Source of the DNA: an uncultured Devosia sp.
GTDB taxonomy: Bacteria > Pseudomonadota > Alphaproteobacteria > Rhizobiales > Devosiaceae
Length of the DNA stretch: 64,000 nucleotides
NCBI GenBank assembly: GCA_964399695.1
Contig: CAYNRZ010000015.1
Span: forward strand, 11,167-75,166
Reading direction: 5' to 3'
The first letter of the stretch is position 1. Every line of letters begins with the position of its first letter. Shown here in pieces: positions 41,292-49,562 of this stretch. The notes under the pieces were generated by a model, which was given only the letters and a program-made list of their open reading frames with translations, was not told where the DNA came from and made no database searches. A program made the position numbers and the translations under genes.

Positions 41292-41630
41292 TCAATGGTC
41301 CTCGACAGGGGGGGCGGTGACGAAGCGTTCGAGCCGGTCGGTCTGCGCTTCCCATTTGGCGCGCTGGCCGGCGAGCCAGTTCTCGGCGTCGGAAAATCGC
41401 TGGCGGTCGAGCGACACGATGCGCACGCGCCCGCGCTTTTCGCTCGCCACCAATCCGCTCCGCTCGAGCAGGGCGATGTGTTTCATGAACGAGGGCAGCG
41501 CCATGGCGAAGGGCGCCGCCAGTTCGCCGACGCTGGTGGCGCCGCGACCCAGCCGCTCGAGCACTGCGCGCCGGGTCGCATCGGAGAGGGCGACGAAGAC
41601 GTCGTCCAGCTGATTCTGATACTGATCCAT
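41292..41630 (-). CDS. ArsR/SmtB family transcriptional regulator
   Basis: Start ATG 41630 (MDQYQNQLDDVFVALSDATRRAVLERLGRGATSVGELAAPFAMALPSFMKHIALLERSGLV). Confidence 0.85.
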   Translation of the reverse strand: MDQYQNQLDDVFVALSDATRRAVLERLGRGATSVGELAAPFAMALPSFMKHIALLERSGLVASEKRGRVRIVSLDRQRFSDAENWLAGQRAKWEAQTDRLERFVTAPPVEDH

Positions 41631-41718
41631 AGGGCTAAGTAACACCGCCCTATCAGTTAGCGCAATGGCTAAGTGAACGCGCGGTGACGTGCCCCAGCGT
41701 TTTCGCCTAGGCTCACGC

Positions 41719-42597
41719 ATGTCGTTTGCGATCCCCCATGCGCTGTCGGTGCCGTTCCAGATCGGCATCAAGCCGCTCGATCCAAGCCAGTGGATCGAGG
41801 TGGATGCCTTGCTGCCGGCCTATCTCGACGAGAAGGAGCGGCTCGAAGCAGCCGTCTTCGCGCAGGTGTTCAGAGCAGAGCCGGGCACCGAGGCGGCGCA
41901 GGACGAGGTCCTCACCCGGCTCGCGGCGCACCTGCTCGAGCGGTTTCCCGAAATCTACCGGCGAGCCGGCACGGTCATCGAGATTGTGCCCGCTGGCCGC
42001 CGTGTCGACTTGGCCGATGGCTCGGTGCAGCCGCTTCAGCGCGCGGCGAGGCTGGTGCAGGAAGACCTGGTGCTGATGCGGCGCGGGCCGGAGCACTGGC
42101 GCCTCGCTGCGGCGTCGCTGAGCTTTCCATCGTCCTGGGTGCTGGCGGAGAAGTTCGGGCGTCCGATGCACGAGGTCCACGGCCCGGTGCCGGGCTTTGG
42201 CGGCGGCACGCGCAATGCCGGTCTGATCGAGCGGATGTTCGACAATTGCCGGCCCGAGACGCCGATGATCCGCTGGAACTGGTCGCTGTTCGGCGATGAC
42301 CGGCTGTTCCACCCCGAAGCCGGTCATCCCGACCGGCCGCGCTTTGCCGATGGCGCCTGGCTGCGGCTCGAGCGGCAGACCTTCACTCGGCTCCCGGTCT
42401 CTGGCGATCTGCTCTTTTCCATCCGCATCGGCCTCAGGCCCGTCGAGAGCCTTGCAGCGGATCCCGAAGGTCCCGCCATCGCGCGGACGCTGCTCCGCCA
42501 ACTCGAAGGGCTCAACGACACGCAGCTTGCCTACAAGGGGTTGCTGGCCGACCACACCCTGCTGCGCCAGATGCTGGCCCGGCTGGCCGGCGCTTGA
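41719..42597 (+). CDS. DUF3445-like protein (heme-dependent oxidative N-demethylase-like family)
   Basis: Start ATG 41719 (MSFAIPHALSVPFQIGIKPLD...). QEDLVLMRR...WRLAAASLSFPSSWVLAEKFGRPMHEVHGPVPGF... The family is recalled from memory. Confidence 0.7.
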   Translation: MSFAIPHALSVPFQIGIKPLDPSQWIEVDALLPAYLDEKERLEAAVFAQVFRAEPGTEAAQDEVLTRLAAHLLERFPEIYRRAGTVIEIVPAGRRVDLADGSVQPLQRAARLVQEDLVLMRRGPEHWRLAAASLSFPSSWVLAEKFGRPMHEVHGPVPGFGGGTRNAGLIERMFDNCRPETPMIRWNWSLFGDDRLFHPEAGHPDRPRFADGAWLRLERQTFTRLPVSGDLLFSIRIGLRPVESLAADPEGPAIARTLLRQLEGLNDTQLAYKGLLADHTLLRQMLARLAGA

Positions 42598-42693
42598 CTT
42601 CCCGTTCCCCGGGCCTATCTGAAGCCGCGTGAGGACGGCCTCACCAGATATCGCCTTCCGCCGGGACGACCCGCACACCACCGGATTCGTCCC

Positions 42694-43113
42694 ATGCGCA
42701 CCACCTCAGACCGTATTCGCCACGCCATCAGCTTCGAGATCATTGGGCTGCTGCTGGTCACGCCCCTCGGGGCGTTCGTCTTTCATCACCCAATCGAAGA
42801 TATCGGCGTTCTCGCCATTGTCGGCGCCACCATCGCCACGGCGTGGAACTATGTGTTCAACCTCGGCTTCGATCACGCGCTGCGCCGGCTGACCGGCCGG
42901 CCCGATAAGTCGCTGGGCCTGCGGGTGCTGCATGCCGCGCTGTTCGAGCTGGGGCTCACGGCGCTGCTGCTGCCCTTCGTGATGCTCTATCTCGGCATCG
43001 GGCCGCTGGAGGCTCTGCTGATGGATATCGGCTTTGCCGTGTTCTACATGGTCTACGCTTTCGCCTTCAATCTCGCCTACGACCGGGTGTTCCCCGTGCC
43101 GCAGGCGAGCTGA
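42694..43113 (+). CDS. PACE family (AceI-like, bacterial transmembrane pair) efflux transporter
   Basis: 139 aa, 4 TM. Duplicated motif RIRHAISFEIIG / RVLHAALFELGL. Confidence 0.8.
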   Translation: MRTTSDRIRHAISFEIIGLLLVTPLGAFVFHHPIEDIGVLAIVGATIATAWNYVFNLGFDHALRRLTGRPDKSLGLRVLHAALFELGLTALLLPFVMLYLGIGPLEALLMDIGFAVFYMVYAFAFNLAYDRVFPVPQAS

Positions 43114-43126
43114 CACGTGCGGCCGG

Positions 43127-43675
43127 CTACCTTTTCAGCGCATAGACCGAGACGACATTGCCCTTGCTGGTCCGCTGGCTGTCGCGCAGTTCGAGCCGCG
43201 TCGTCTGGTCCTCGGGGCCGAACAGCTTGCGGCCGCTGCCGGCGACCACCGGATGGGTGATCAGCGTCAGCTCGTCCATCACGCCGGCGAACAGCAGCTG
43301 GCGCACCAGCGAGATCGAGCTCATCACCGCGATCTCGCCGCCCGGCTGCTGCTTCAGCTTTTCGACATAGGGCACCAGTTCGCCCTCGATCAGGCGGGAA
43401 TTCTGCCAGGCCAGCGGGCCCTTCAGCGTGCGCGAGGCCACGTGCTTGGGCACGTTGTTGATGAAGCCCGCGAAGTCCAGGTCCTGCTCGGCCTTGGGCC
43501 AGTACTCGGCCCATTCCTCATAGCCGACCCGGCCGAGGATGACCGTATCAATCTTCGGCATCTGCCCGCCCAGCATGGCGCCCAACTCATCGTCGAAGCT
43601 GTCGAACTGGAAGAGATAGGGCGCCTCGACGACGCCATCGATGGAGTGGAACAGGCCTGCAGTTACCTTGCGCAT
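43127..43675 (-). CDS. Dihydrofolate reductase-like (RibD C-terminal domain) family protein
   Basis: 182 aa. MRKVTAGLFHSIDGVVE...DTVILGRVGYEEW...LVRQLLFAGVMDELTLITHPVVAGSGRKLF. Confidence 0.8.
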   Translation of the reverse strand: MRKVTAGLFHSIDGVVEAPYLFQFDSFDDELGAMLGGQMPKIDTVILGRVGYEEWAEYWPKAEQDLDFAGFINNVPKHVASRTLKGPLAWQNSRLIEGELVPYVEKLKQQPGGEIAVMSSISLVRQLLFAGVMDELTLITHPVVAGSGRKLFGPEDQTTRLELRDSQRTSKGNVVSVYALKR

Positions 43676-43773
43676 CAGAACTCTCGCGGGTTGTCGGCTG
43701 CCAGTATGGCGCCTCCTGTCACCGCGACGAGCGGCGTTGGGCGATTTCGACAGCGTGCCCGAAAAAGTCGCGA

Positions 43774-44526
43774 TCAGTCGAGTGTCGTGCCGATCAAATC
43801 CAGCAACCGCGCCCGCTCCACCGCATCGGCATTCTCATGCACAAGCCGCGCGGCAGCCACCACCGGCACCCAGGCCATGATCTCGGCCGGCGACACCGCC
43901 GCCGCATGCGCATAGGCAGCGACATAGCCCGTGGCAAAATCCTCGGCGGCGCCGGCGATTAACGTGTAGCTGCGCGCCACATCGGCTTCCGGCGGGCCGC
44001 TCGCTGCATCGAGCCAGTCGATCACCATGGCGCGTCCCGGCACGCCAACGATGTTGAACGGATGGAAATCCCCATGGCAGATGCGGTCGCCATCGGGCAG
44101 TTCGGCCAGCCGCGCCAGCAGCCGGGCGCGCAGCGCCTCGTCGATCCCCTCGATGCGGGCAAGGCGCCAGCGCAGCCGCGCCGTCAGCGAAGGTAGCCGC
44201 GGGTCGGCCTCGGCATGGATCAGCCGGTGCAGCCGCAGCAATTCCTCGAAGCCGCCAGGCGCGAGCTCGACTCCTCCGTCGGTGAAGCGCGCCAGCGTCT
44301 CGCCAGCCGCGCGATCCATCACCAGGCCCCAGCGCCCCTCGAACAGCCCAACCTGATGCACCCGAGGCGTCGGCAGCCGATGATCGGCAAGAATTGCCAA
44401 TGTCGCCGCCTCCGCAAAGGCCGAAGATTTCGCCTCGGGGTGCCGAAAGAGTTTCAGCGCATGCGGGCCGTACTCGAAGGCCTTGGCGACGTTGCCGCTG
44501 CCGAGCAGTTGGCCGATCTCAGGCAT
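43774..44526 (-). CDS. Aminoglycoside phosphotransferase (APH)/choline-kinase-like small-molecule kinase
   Basis: 250 aa. Catalytic-loop pattern ICHGDFHPFNIV...IDWLDA. Confidence 0.8.
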   Translation of the reverse strand: MPEIGQLLGSGNVAKAFEYGPHALKLFRHPEAKSSAFAEAATLAILADHRLPTPRVHQVGLFEGRWGLVMDRAAGETLARFTDGGVELAPGGFEELLRLHRLIHAEADPRLPSLTARLRWRLARIEGIDEALRARLLARLAELPDGDRICHGDFHPFNIVGVPGRAMVIDWLDAASGPPEADVARSYTLIAGAAEDFATGYVAAYAHAAAVSPAEIMAWVPVVAAARLVHENADAVERARLLDLIGTTLD

Positions 44527-45763
44527 TGCTGCCGTCGGTCTCGATAATCCCTTTCGTCAGGCTGCCCTCGGCCGGATAAAGCGGGATCAGGCAGGCCTGC
44601 AGCGCGTGGTAGATATCGCCCTTGCCGGCAAACAGGCTGTAGGCCGGGCGCATGTCGTGGGTCAGCTGCTCGTGCCAGCCGCCATGCACGTCGTCGAGGT
44701 GGTGGCGCGCCACCACGTCCCAGATCCGCCGATACCAGCTCTCGTGGAACTCCGACGGCCGGTGCGCCCCGAGAAACGCCGCCGCGCCGATCGCCTCGCA
44801 CATCGGCCACCACAACTTGTGCGGCTGATCCGGCTTGTCGTTCCAGTCGAGATTGTAGAAGAAGCCGCCGAACTCACTGTCCCAGCCGATGGTCACCGAG
44901 GCGCGGAACAGCGCTTCCGAGGCCTCCAGCATCCAGGCGTGCTGCTTGCCGCCCAGCGCCCAGAGCTGCAGCACCAGCCGCGACCATTCCAGCCAGTGCC
45001 CCGGCGTTGTGCCCGAGGGGCGGAACATCGGGTCGCCGGCATAGGCCTTGTCGACGTTCCAGCCGGCATCGAAATGCTCGGCGACGCGCCAGCCGTTCTC
45101 GCGCGCGCGGCGGTTGATGATCAGGTCGGCGATGCGCTCGGCCTTCACGAGATACTCGCGCTCGCCGGTCGCCTCGAAGGCGGCCATCAGCGCTTCGGTC
45201 AGATGCATGTTGGAGTTCTGGCCGTGGTACGGGGCGATCTCGCTCCAGTCGGCGTTGAACTCCTCGGCAATGGCGCCGTGCTGCTCTTCCCAGAAGCGGG
45301 TTTCCAGCACTTCGGTCACATCGGCGATCATCTGGTCCGCCAGCGGATGGCCGACCAGCTTGGCGCTCGAGGCGGCGAGCAGCACGAAAGCGTGGCCATA
45401 GCCCTGCTTCCGGCCCTTGTCGGCGGGGCCATTGTCATCGACCGCCCAGTAATAGCCGCCGCGCCCGGCGTCGCGATGGTGGTTCCAGAGGTAGTTCATC
45501 CCATGGTCGACAATCGCCGCCGCGCCCGGCCGGCCGAACAGGCCGGCGATCGCGAAGCAATGCACCATGCGCGCCGTGCCATGGATGCCGCGCACCGGGT
45601 TGGTCGCCTTGATCGGCCGCCCATCCACCGCCAGCTCATGAAACCCGCCCTTGGGGTTGAACGCCCGCCGCTCGAAGAACGAGAACAGGTCCTCGGCCCG
45701 ATCGCGCAGAAACTGCCGATGCGCCGGGCGGCTGAGCCAGTGGGTGGCGGGGGTGATGGTCAT
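44519..45763 (-). CDS. AGE family epimerase/isomerase (N-acylglucosamine 2-epimerase / mannose-6-phosphate isomerase-like)
   Basis: Start ATG 45763 (MTITPATHWL...). (alpha/alpha)6-barrel-like repeats: GGFHEL, YGHAFVLLA, NSNMHLTEA, PGHWLEWSRL, LWWPMCEA. 8-nt overlap with the kinase gene. Confidence 0.82.
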   Translation of the reverse strand: MTITPATHWLSRPAHRQFLRDRAEDLFSFFERRAFNPKGGFHELAVDGRPIKATNPVRGIHGTARMVHCFAIAGLFGRPGAAAIVDHGMNYLWNHHRDAGRGGYYWAVDDNGPADKGRKQGYGHAFVLLAASSAKLVGHPLADQMIADVTEVLETRFWEEQHGAIAEEFNADWSEIAPYHGQNSNMHLTEALMAAFEATGEREYLVKAERIADLIINRRARENGWRVAEHFDAGWNVDKAYAGDPMFRPSGTTPGHWLEWSRLVLQLWALGGKQHAWMLEASEALFRASVTIGWDSEFGGFFYNLDWNDKPDQPHKLWWPMCEAIGAAAFLGAHRPSEFHESWYRRIWDVVARHHLDDVHGGWHEQLTHDMRPAYSLFAGKGDIYHALQACLIPLYPAEGSLTKGIIETDGSNA

Positions 45764-45930
45764 GTGGGCTCCGTCGGTGGCCGTAGGCGTTGGTTGGCCT
45801 ATGGCTACAGGGGCGGAGCGGGGCGGGCAAGAACTAGAACCGCTGGTCCGGACAGGGCCCAATTCGCCGTTCTGGTGAAGTTATCCCCGTCGACTACCCC
45901 CGCCATAAAACGGACCACGGTCAACAGGGG

Positions 45931-46287
45931 TTGAAGGTGCGAACACGTTTGCGGCTTGGGCAGATTCAGTATTCCATCGTGGCCGACAAGCTCGTCCGTA
46001 GCGCGAGAGAACTTTTCGACTGGATAGAAAAGTACAATCCAGACCAACCGCGGGTGCCCGCCGGGTCACCCGACGGTGGGCAATGGACATCGAATGGTTC
46101 CCGCGTTGCTGGGAAGTGGAACCCTGAAAACTACGCCAAGTGCGAGTTGCAGTACGAGCGAGACATTCTGCAATGTCGGATGATGCCCTGGAACCCATTC
46201 TGTGAGGACCAGGCGCTTTCCAGGCGGACTGCCTGCATGAAAGATCTGCCCATTCCCCCATTCTTCCACACGGGAGACGCCAGATGA
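45931..46287 (+). CDS. Hypothetical small Cys-rich protein (cassette gene 1)
   Basis: 118 aa. Only non-ATG starts are available (TTG 45931 or GTG 45937); an in-frame stop lies at 45835. Motif NPDQPRVPAGSPDGGQWTS, then 4 Cys within 35 aa. Lower GC (about 53-62% per 60-nt line). Confidence 0.45.
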   Translation: MKVRTRLRLGQIQYSIVADKLVRSARELFDWIEKYNPDQPRVPAGSPDGGQWTSNGSRVAGKWNPENYAKCELQYERDILQCRMMPWNPFCEDQALSRRTACMKDLPIPPFFHTGDAR

Positions 46288-46622
46288 TCGTTGGTACGAG
46301 AACCTTGACCGTGCACACCCCGGACGGCGAGCGCCCGGTTGAAATCCGGATATACGCGCCCGAGTCAATCGGAACGAAGTGGGACTGCCGGTACGAAATC
46401 GATTGGCCGGAAGGTGTCGTCAAGAGCCACGCCCAAGGCAATGACGCGCTCCACGCGTTGCACCTGGCGATGCAGAAAATCGGTACCGATCTCTACATGA
46501 GCCGCTACCACCACGAGCGCATAATGTGGTGGATGAAGCCTTGGGTTGGCTATGGGTTTCCAACGCCCAAGGACGCGCGCGACGTGCTGGTAGGGACCGA
46601 TGCGGAGTTCTACGGGAGCTAG
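46284..46622 (+). CDS. Hypothetical small protein (cassette gene 2)
   Basis: 112 aa. ATGA overlap with gene 1. Pattern TRTLTVHTPDGERPVEIRIYAPE...W.C.YEI....A.G.DALHALHLAMQKIGTDL....W....GYGFP resembles a widespread uncharacterised small-protein family (from memory, unverified). Confidence 0.55.
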   Translation: MIVGTRTLTVHTPDGERPVEIRIYAPESIGTKWDCRYEIDWPEGVVKSHAQGNDALHALHLAMQKIGTDLYMSRYHHERIMWWMKPWVGYGFPTPKDARDVLVGTDAEFYGS

Positions 46623-46642
46623 GTGGCGACCAATCGACATAT

Positions 46643-46682
46643 AAAAAAAGGCCCGGGTGTTTCCACCCGGGCCTTCTTTCAT
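46643..46682. terminator. Bidirectional Rho-independent terminator between the cassette and hppA
   Basis: AAAAAAA-GGCCCGGGTG-tttc-CACCCGGGCC-TTCTTTC. Confidence 0.8.
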
Positions 46683-46704
46683 TCAGCAATGACGGCCCAA
46701 GCCC

Positions 46705-48849
46705 TCACCCCAGATGCGCCAGCACCGCCAAGAGCAGCAATGCCACGATGTTGGTGATTTTGATCATCGGGTTCACGGCGGGGCCCGCCGTGTCCTTGTA
46801 GGGGTCGCCGACGGTGTCGCCGGTGACAGACGCCTTGTGCGCGTCGCCGCCCTTGTAGTGGGTGACACCCTGGCTGTCGGTGAAGCCGTCCTCGAAGCTC
46901 TTCTTGGCGTTGTCCCAGGCGCCACCGCCGGCGGTCATCGAGATGGCGACGAAGAGGCCCGTGACGATCACGCCCATCAGCATGGCGCCGAGCGCCGAGA
47001 AGCCTGCGGCCGCGCCGCCAACCCAGTAGATGATGGCAAAGCCGAGGATCGGTGAGAGCACCGGCAGCAGCGAGGGGACGATCATTTCCTTGATCGCCGC
47101 CTTGGTCAGCATGTCGACGGCCCGGGCATAGTCGGGCTTGGACGTGCCGGCCATGATGCCCGGATCGGCCTTGAACTGGCGGCGGACTTCCACCACCACG
47201 CTCATCGCGGCGCGGCCGACGGCGGTCATCGACATGCCGCCGAAGAGGAACGGCAAGAGGCCACCGAACAAGAGGCCGACGACGACATAGGGGTCGGCCA
47301 GCGAGAAGGTCAGGTTCCCCATCCCCTGGAAGATCGCCGGGGCGTCGGGCAGGCCGGCGAAGTAGATCAGGTCCTGCGTATAGGCGGCGAACAGCACCAG
47401 CGCGCCGAGACCGGCCGAACCGATGGCATAGCCCTTGGTCACGGCCTTGGTGGTGTTGCCGACGGCGTCGAGCGCGTCGGTGTTGTGGCGCACTTCCTTG
47501 GGAAGGCCCGCCATTTCGGCAATACCACCGGCATTGTCGGTCACCGGGCCGAAGGCGTCGAGCGCGACGATCATGCCGGCCAGCGCCAGCATGGTGGTGA
47601 CGGCAAAGGCGATGCCGAACAGGCCCGCGAGGTTATAGGTGACGATGATGCCGACGATGATGACGAGGGCGGGCAGGGCGGTCGATTCCAGCGAGACCGC
47701 GAGGCCCTGGATGACGTTGGTGCCGTGGCCGGTCACCGAGGCTTCGGCGATCGAGTTGACCGGGCGCTTGCTGGTGCCGGTGTAGTATTCGGTGATGACG
47801 ATGATCAGCCCGGTGATGACGAGGCCGGCAATGCCGCACCAGAACAGGCTCCACGGCGTGAACTGCTTGCCGCCTTCGAGCCCGAGCTGCACGTCGAGAC
47901 CGCCGAAGGTCCAGGCCAGCACCGGCAGCAGTGCGACCAGCGAGAGAACGCCGGTAGCGATCAGGCCCTTGTAGAGGGCGTTCATGATGTTGTTGTCGCT
48001 GCCGAGCTTGACGAAATAGGTGCCGATGATCGAGGTCAGCACGCACGCACCGCCAATGGCGAGCGGCAGCACCATGCCCATCAGCTTGAAGGCATCGGGC
48101 AACACGATCGCGGCCAGCACCATGGTGGCCACCGCGGTCACCACATAGGTTTCGAACAGGTCGGCGGCCATGCCGGCGCAGTCGCCGACATTGTCGCCGA
48201 CGTTGTCGGCAATGGTCGCGGGGTTGCGCGGATCATCCTCGGGGATGCCGGCTTCGACCTTGCCCACCATGTCGCCGCCCACGTCGGCGCCCTTGGTGAA
48301 GATGCCGCCGCCCAGACGGGCAAAGATCGAGATCAGCGAGGCGCCGAAGCTCAGCGCCACCAAGGCGTCGATCACGGTGCGGCTGGTGGGCGCAAAGCCC
48401 ATGCCGGTCAGCACCATGAAATAGAGCGTCACGCCGAGGAGGCCGAGGCCCGCGACCAGGAGGCCGGTCACCGCGCCCGCCTTGAAGGCGAGGTCGAGGC
48501 CGCCAGCCAGCGACTTGGTCGCTGCCTGGGCCACGCGCACATTGGCGCGCACCGACACGTTCATGCCGATGAAGCCGGCGACGCCGGAGAGCACCGCGCC
48601 GATCAGGAACCCGATCGCGGCGTAAATGCCGAGGAGGAAGAAGGCCAGTACCAGGATCACCACGCCGACAATGGCGATGGTGGTGTATTGCCGCTTCAGA
48701 TAGGCCGTGGCGCCTTCGCGCACCGCCGCCGAAATTTCCTGCATGCGGGCCGAGCCGGCATCTGCCGCCATCAGGCCCCGCGTCGTGACGACGCCGTATA
48801 CGATCGAGAGTGCGCCGCACACCACGATCGCCCAGAGCAATAGTGTCAT
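46705..48849 (-). CDS. hppA: Membrane-bound proton-translocating pyrophosphatase
   Basis: Start ATG 48849 (GAGGGA SD; [14 protein letters not shown]...). [48 protein letters not shown]. Confidence 0.95.
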   Translation of the reverse strand: MTLLLWAIVVCGALSIVYGVVTTRGLMAADAGSARMQEISAAVREGATAYLKRQYTTIAIVGVVILVLAFFLLGIYAAIGFLIGAVLSGVAGFIGMNVSVRANVRVAQAATKSLAGGLDLAFKAGAVTGLLVAGLGLLGVTLYFMVLTGMGFAPTSRTVIDALVALSFGASLISIFARLGGGIFTKGADVGGDMVGKVEAGIPEDDPRNPATIADNVGDNVGDCAGMAADLFETYVVTAVATMVLAAIVLPDAFKLMGMVLPLAIGGACVLTSIIGTYFVKLGSDNNIMNALYKGLIATGVLSLVALLPVLAWTFGGLDVQLGLEGGKQFTPWSLFWCGIAGLVITGLIIVITEYYTGTSKRPVNSIAEASVTGHGTNVIQGLAVSLESTALPALVIIVGIIVTYNLAGLFGIAFAVTTMLALAGMIVALDAFGPVTDNAGGIAEMAGLPKEVRHNTDALDAVGNTTKAVTKGYAIGSAGLGALVLFAAYTQDLIYFAGLPDAPAIFQGMGNLTFSLADPYVVVGLLFGGLLPFLFGGMSMTAVGRAAMSVVVEVRRQFKADPGIMAGTSKPDYARAVDMLTKAAIKEMIVPSLLPVLSPILGFAIIYWVGGAAAGFSALGAMLMGVIVTGLFVAISMTAGGGAWDNAKKSFEDGFTDSQGVTHYKGGDAHKASVTGDTVGDPYKDTAGPAVNPMIKITNIVALLLLAVLAHLG

Positions 48850-48986
48850 TATTCTTCCCTCGGTTTCACCCCGAGGGACGCTCCGTAGTCGTGGAAGAGG
48901 GCCCAAGCCCTGCAACCCCTCCCCGCCCCCGGAGATTGTCACAGATTTGTGCCAAAACGTCGCATGAAGCGCAATGGACTTCGGCG

Positions 48987-49334
48987 CTATCCGGCCAGCC
49001 GGTCGAGAGATTCGGCGAGAAGCGCCGGCGTGCCGACAATCTCAAGCGTCTTCACGCGCGCGGTGTCGCCGGAAACCACGCTCACCGCCGATTTCGGCAC
49101 GCCCAGTTGCCTGGCGATCAGCGCCACCACGGCCGCATTGGCCTTGCCCTTGTCGGGCACCGCAGCGACACGCACCCGCAGCACTGCCTCGCCATCGTCG
49201 CGGATCTCGCTCGCCTCGATGCGGTCGGCGCCGGCATTGGGGGTGACGCGGACGCGCAGCGTGGCGCCGGTCGGGGTCAGCCTGTAGCAGCGGGGCTGTG
49301 GCGCGGATGGCACGGCATCGGCCTCGTGGTTCAT
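48987..49334 (-). CDS. DUF167 (YggU) family protein
   Basis: The last 115 codons of track ORF 48987..51437(-). Start ATG 49334 (MNHEADAV...[15 protein letters not shown]...[39 protein letters not shown]). Confidence 0.8.
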   Translation of the reverse strand: MNHEADAVPSAPQPRCYRLTPTGATLRVRVTPNAGADRIEASEIRDDGEAVLRVRVAAVPDKGKANAAVVALIARQLGVPKSAVSVVSGDTARVKTLEIVGTPALLAESLDRLAG

Positions 49335-49340
49335 CGCCAG

Positions 49341-49369
49341 TTGCCCGGCGTGCCGATCTCGCCTAATAG
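49341..49369 (+). promoter_or_regulatory. Candidate sigma-70 promoter
   Basis: TTGCCC-N17-TAATAG. Confidence 0.35.
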
Positions 49370-49412
49370 GGGTTCGGCCTTGATACAAGGTTTTCGGAAA
49401 CGGGGAGGCGAC

Positions 49413-49469
49413 ATGACAGCATTTGTTCGACCTCTTCCGCGCGGAATGCTCGGCACCCTCGCCGCCTGA
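49413..49469 (+). CDS. Candidate 18-codon leader ORF upstream of the ABC exporter
   Basis: GGGGAGG SD 5 nt before the ATG. MTAFVRPLPRGMLGTLAA*. Confidence 0.25.
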   Translation: MTAFVRPLPRGMLGTLAA

Positions 49470-49476
49470 TCCGCGC

Positions 49477-49516
49477 CCCGCGCCCGCCTCGCGGGTCGAT
49501 TTTTTCTCCAGTTTTT
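49477..49516 (+). terminator. Terminator/attenuator-like hairpin plus T-runs in the ABC exporter leader
   Basis: CCCGCG-cccgcct-CGCGGG, then tcga-TTTTTT-ctccag-TTTTT. Confidence 0.35.
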
Positions 49517-49562
49517 CAAATATGGGACCGGCGTGGCGCTTTCTCGCCGCCGGACGAAACCA

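Noticed and set aside
45831-45840. GAACTAGAAC upstream of the two-gene cassette, considered as a LexA box
   Set aside because: The spacing is GAAC-N2-GAAC, not the GAAC-N7-GAAC (GTTC-N7-GTTC) required for the alphaproteobacterial SOS box.
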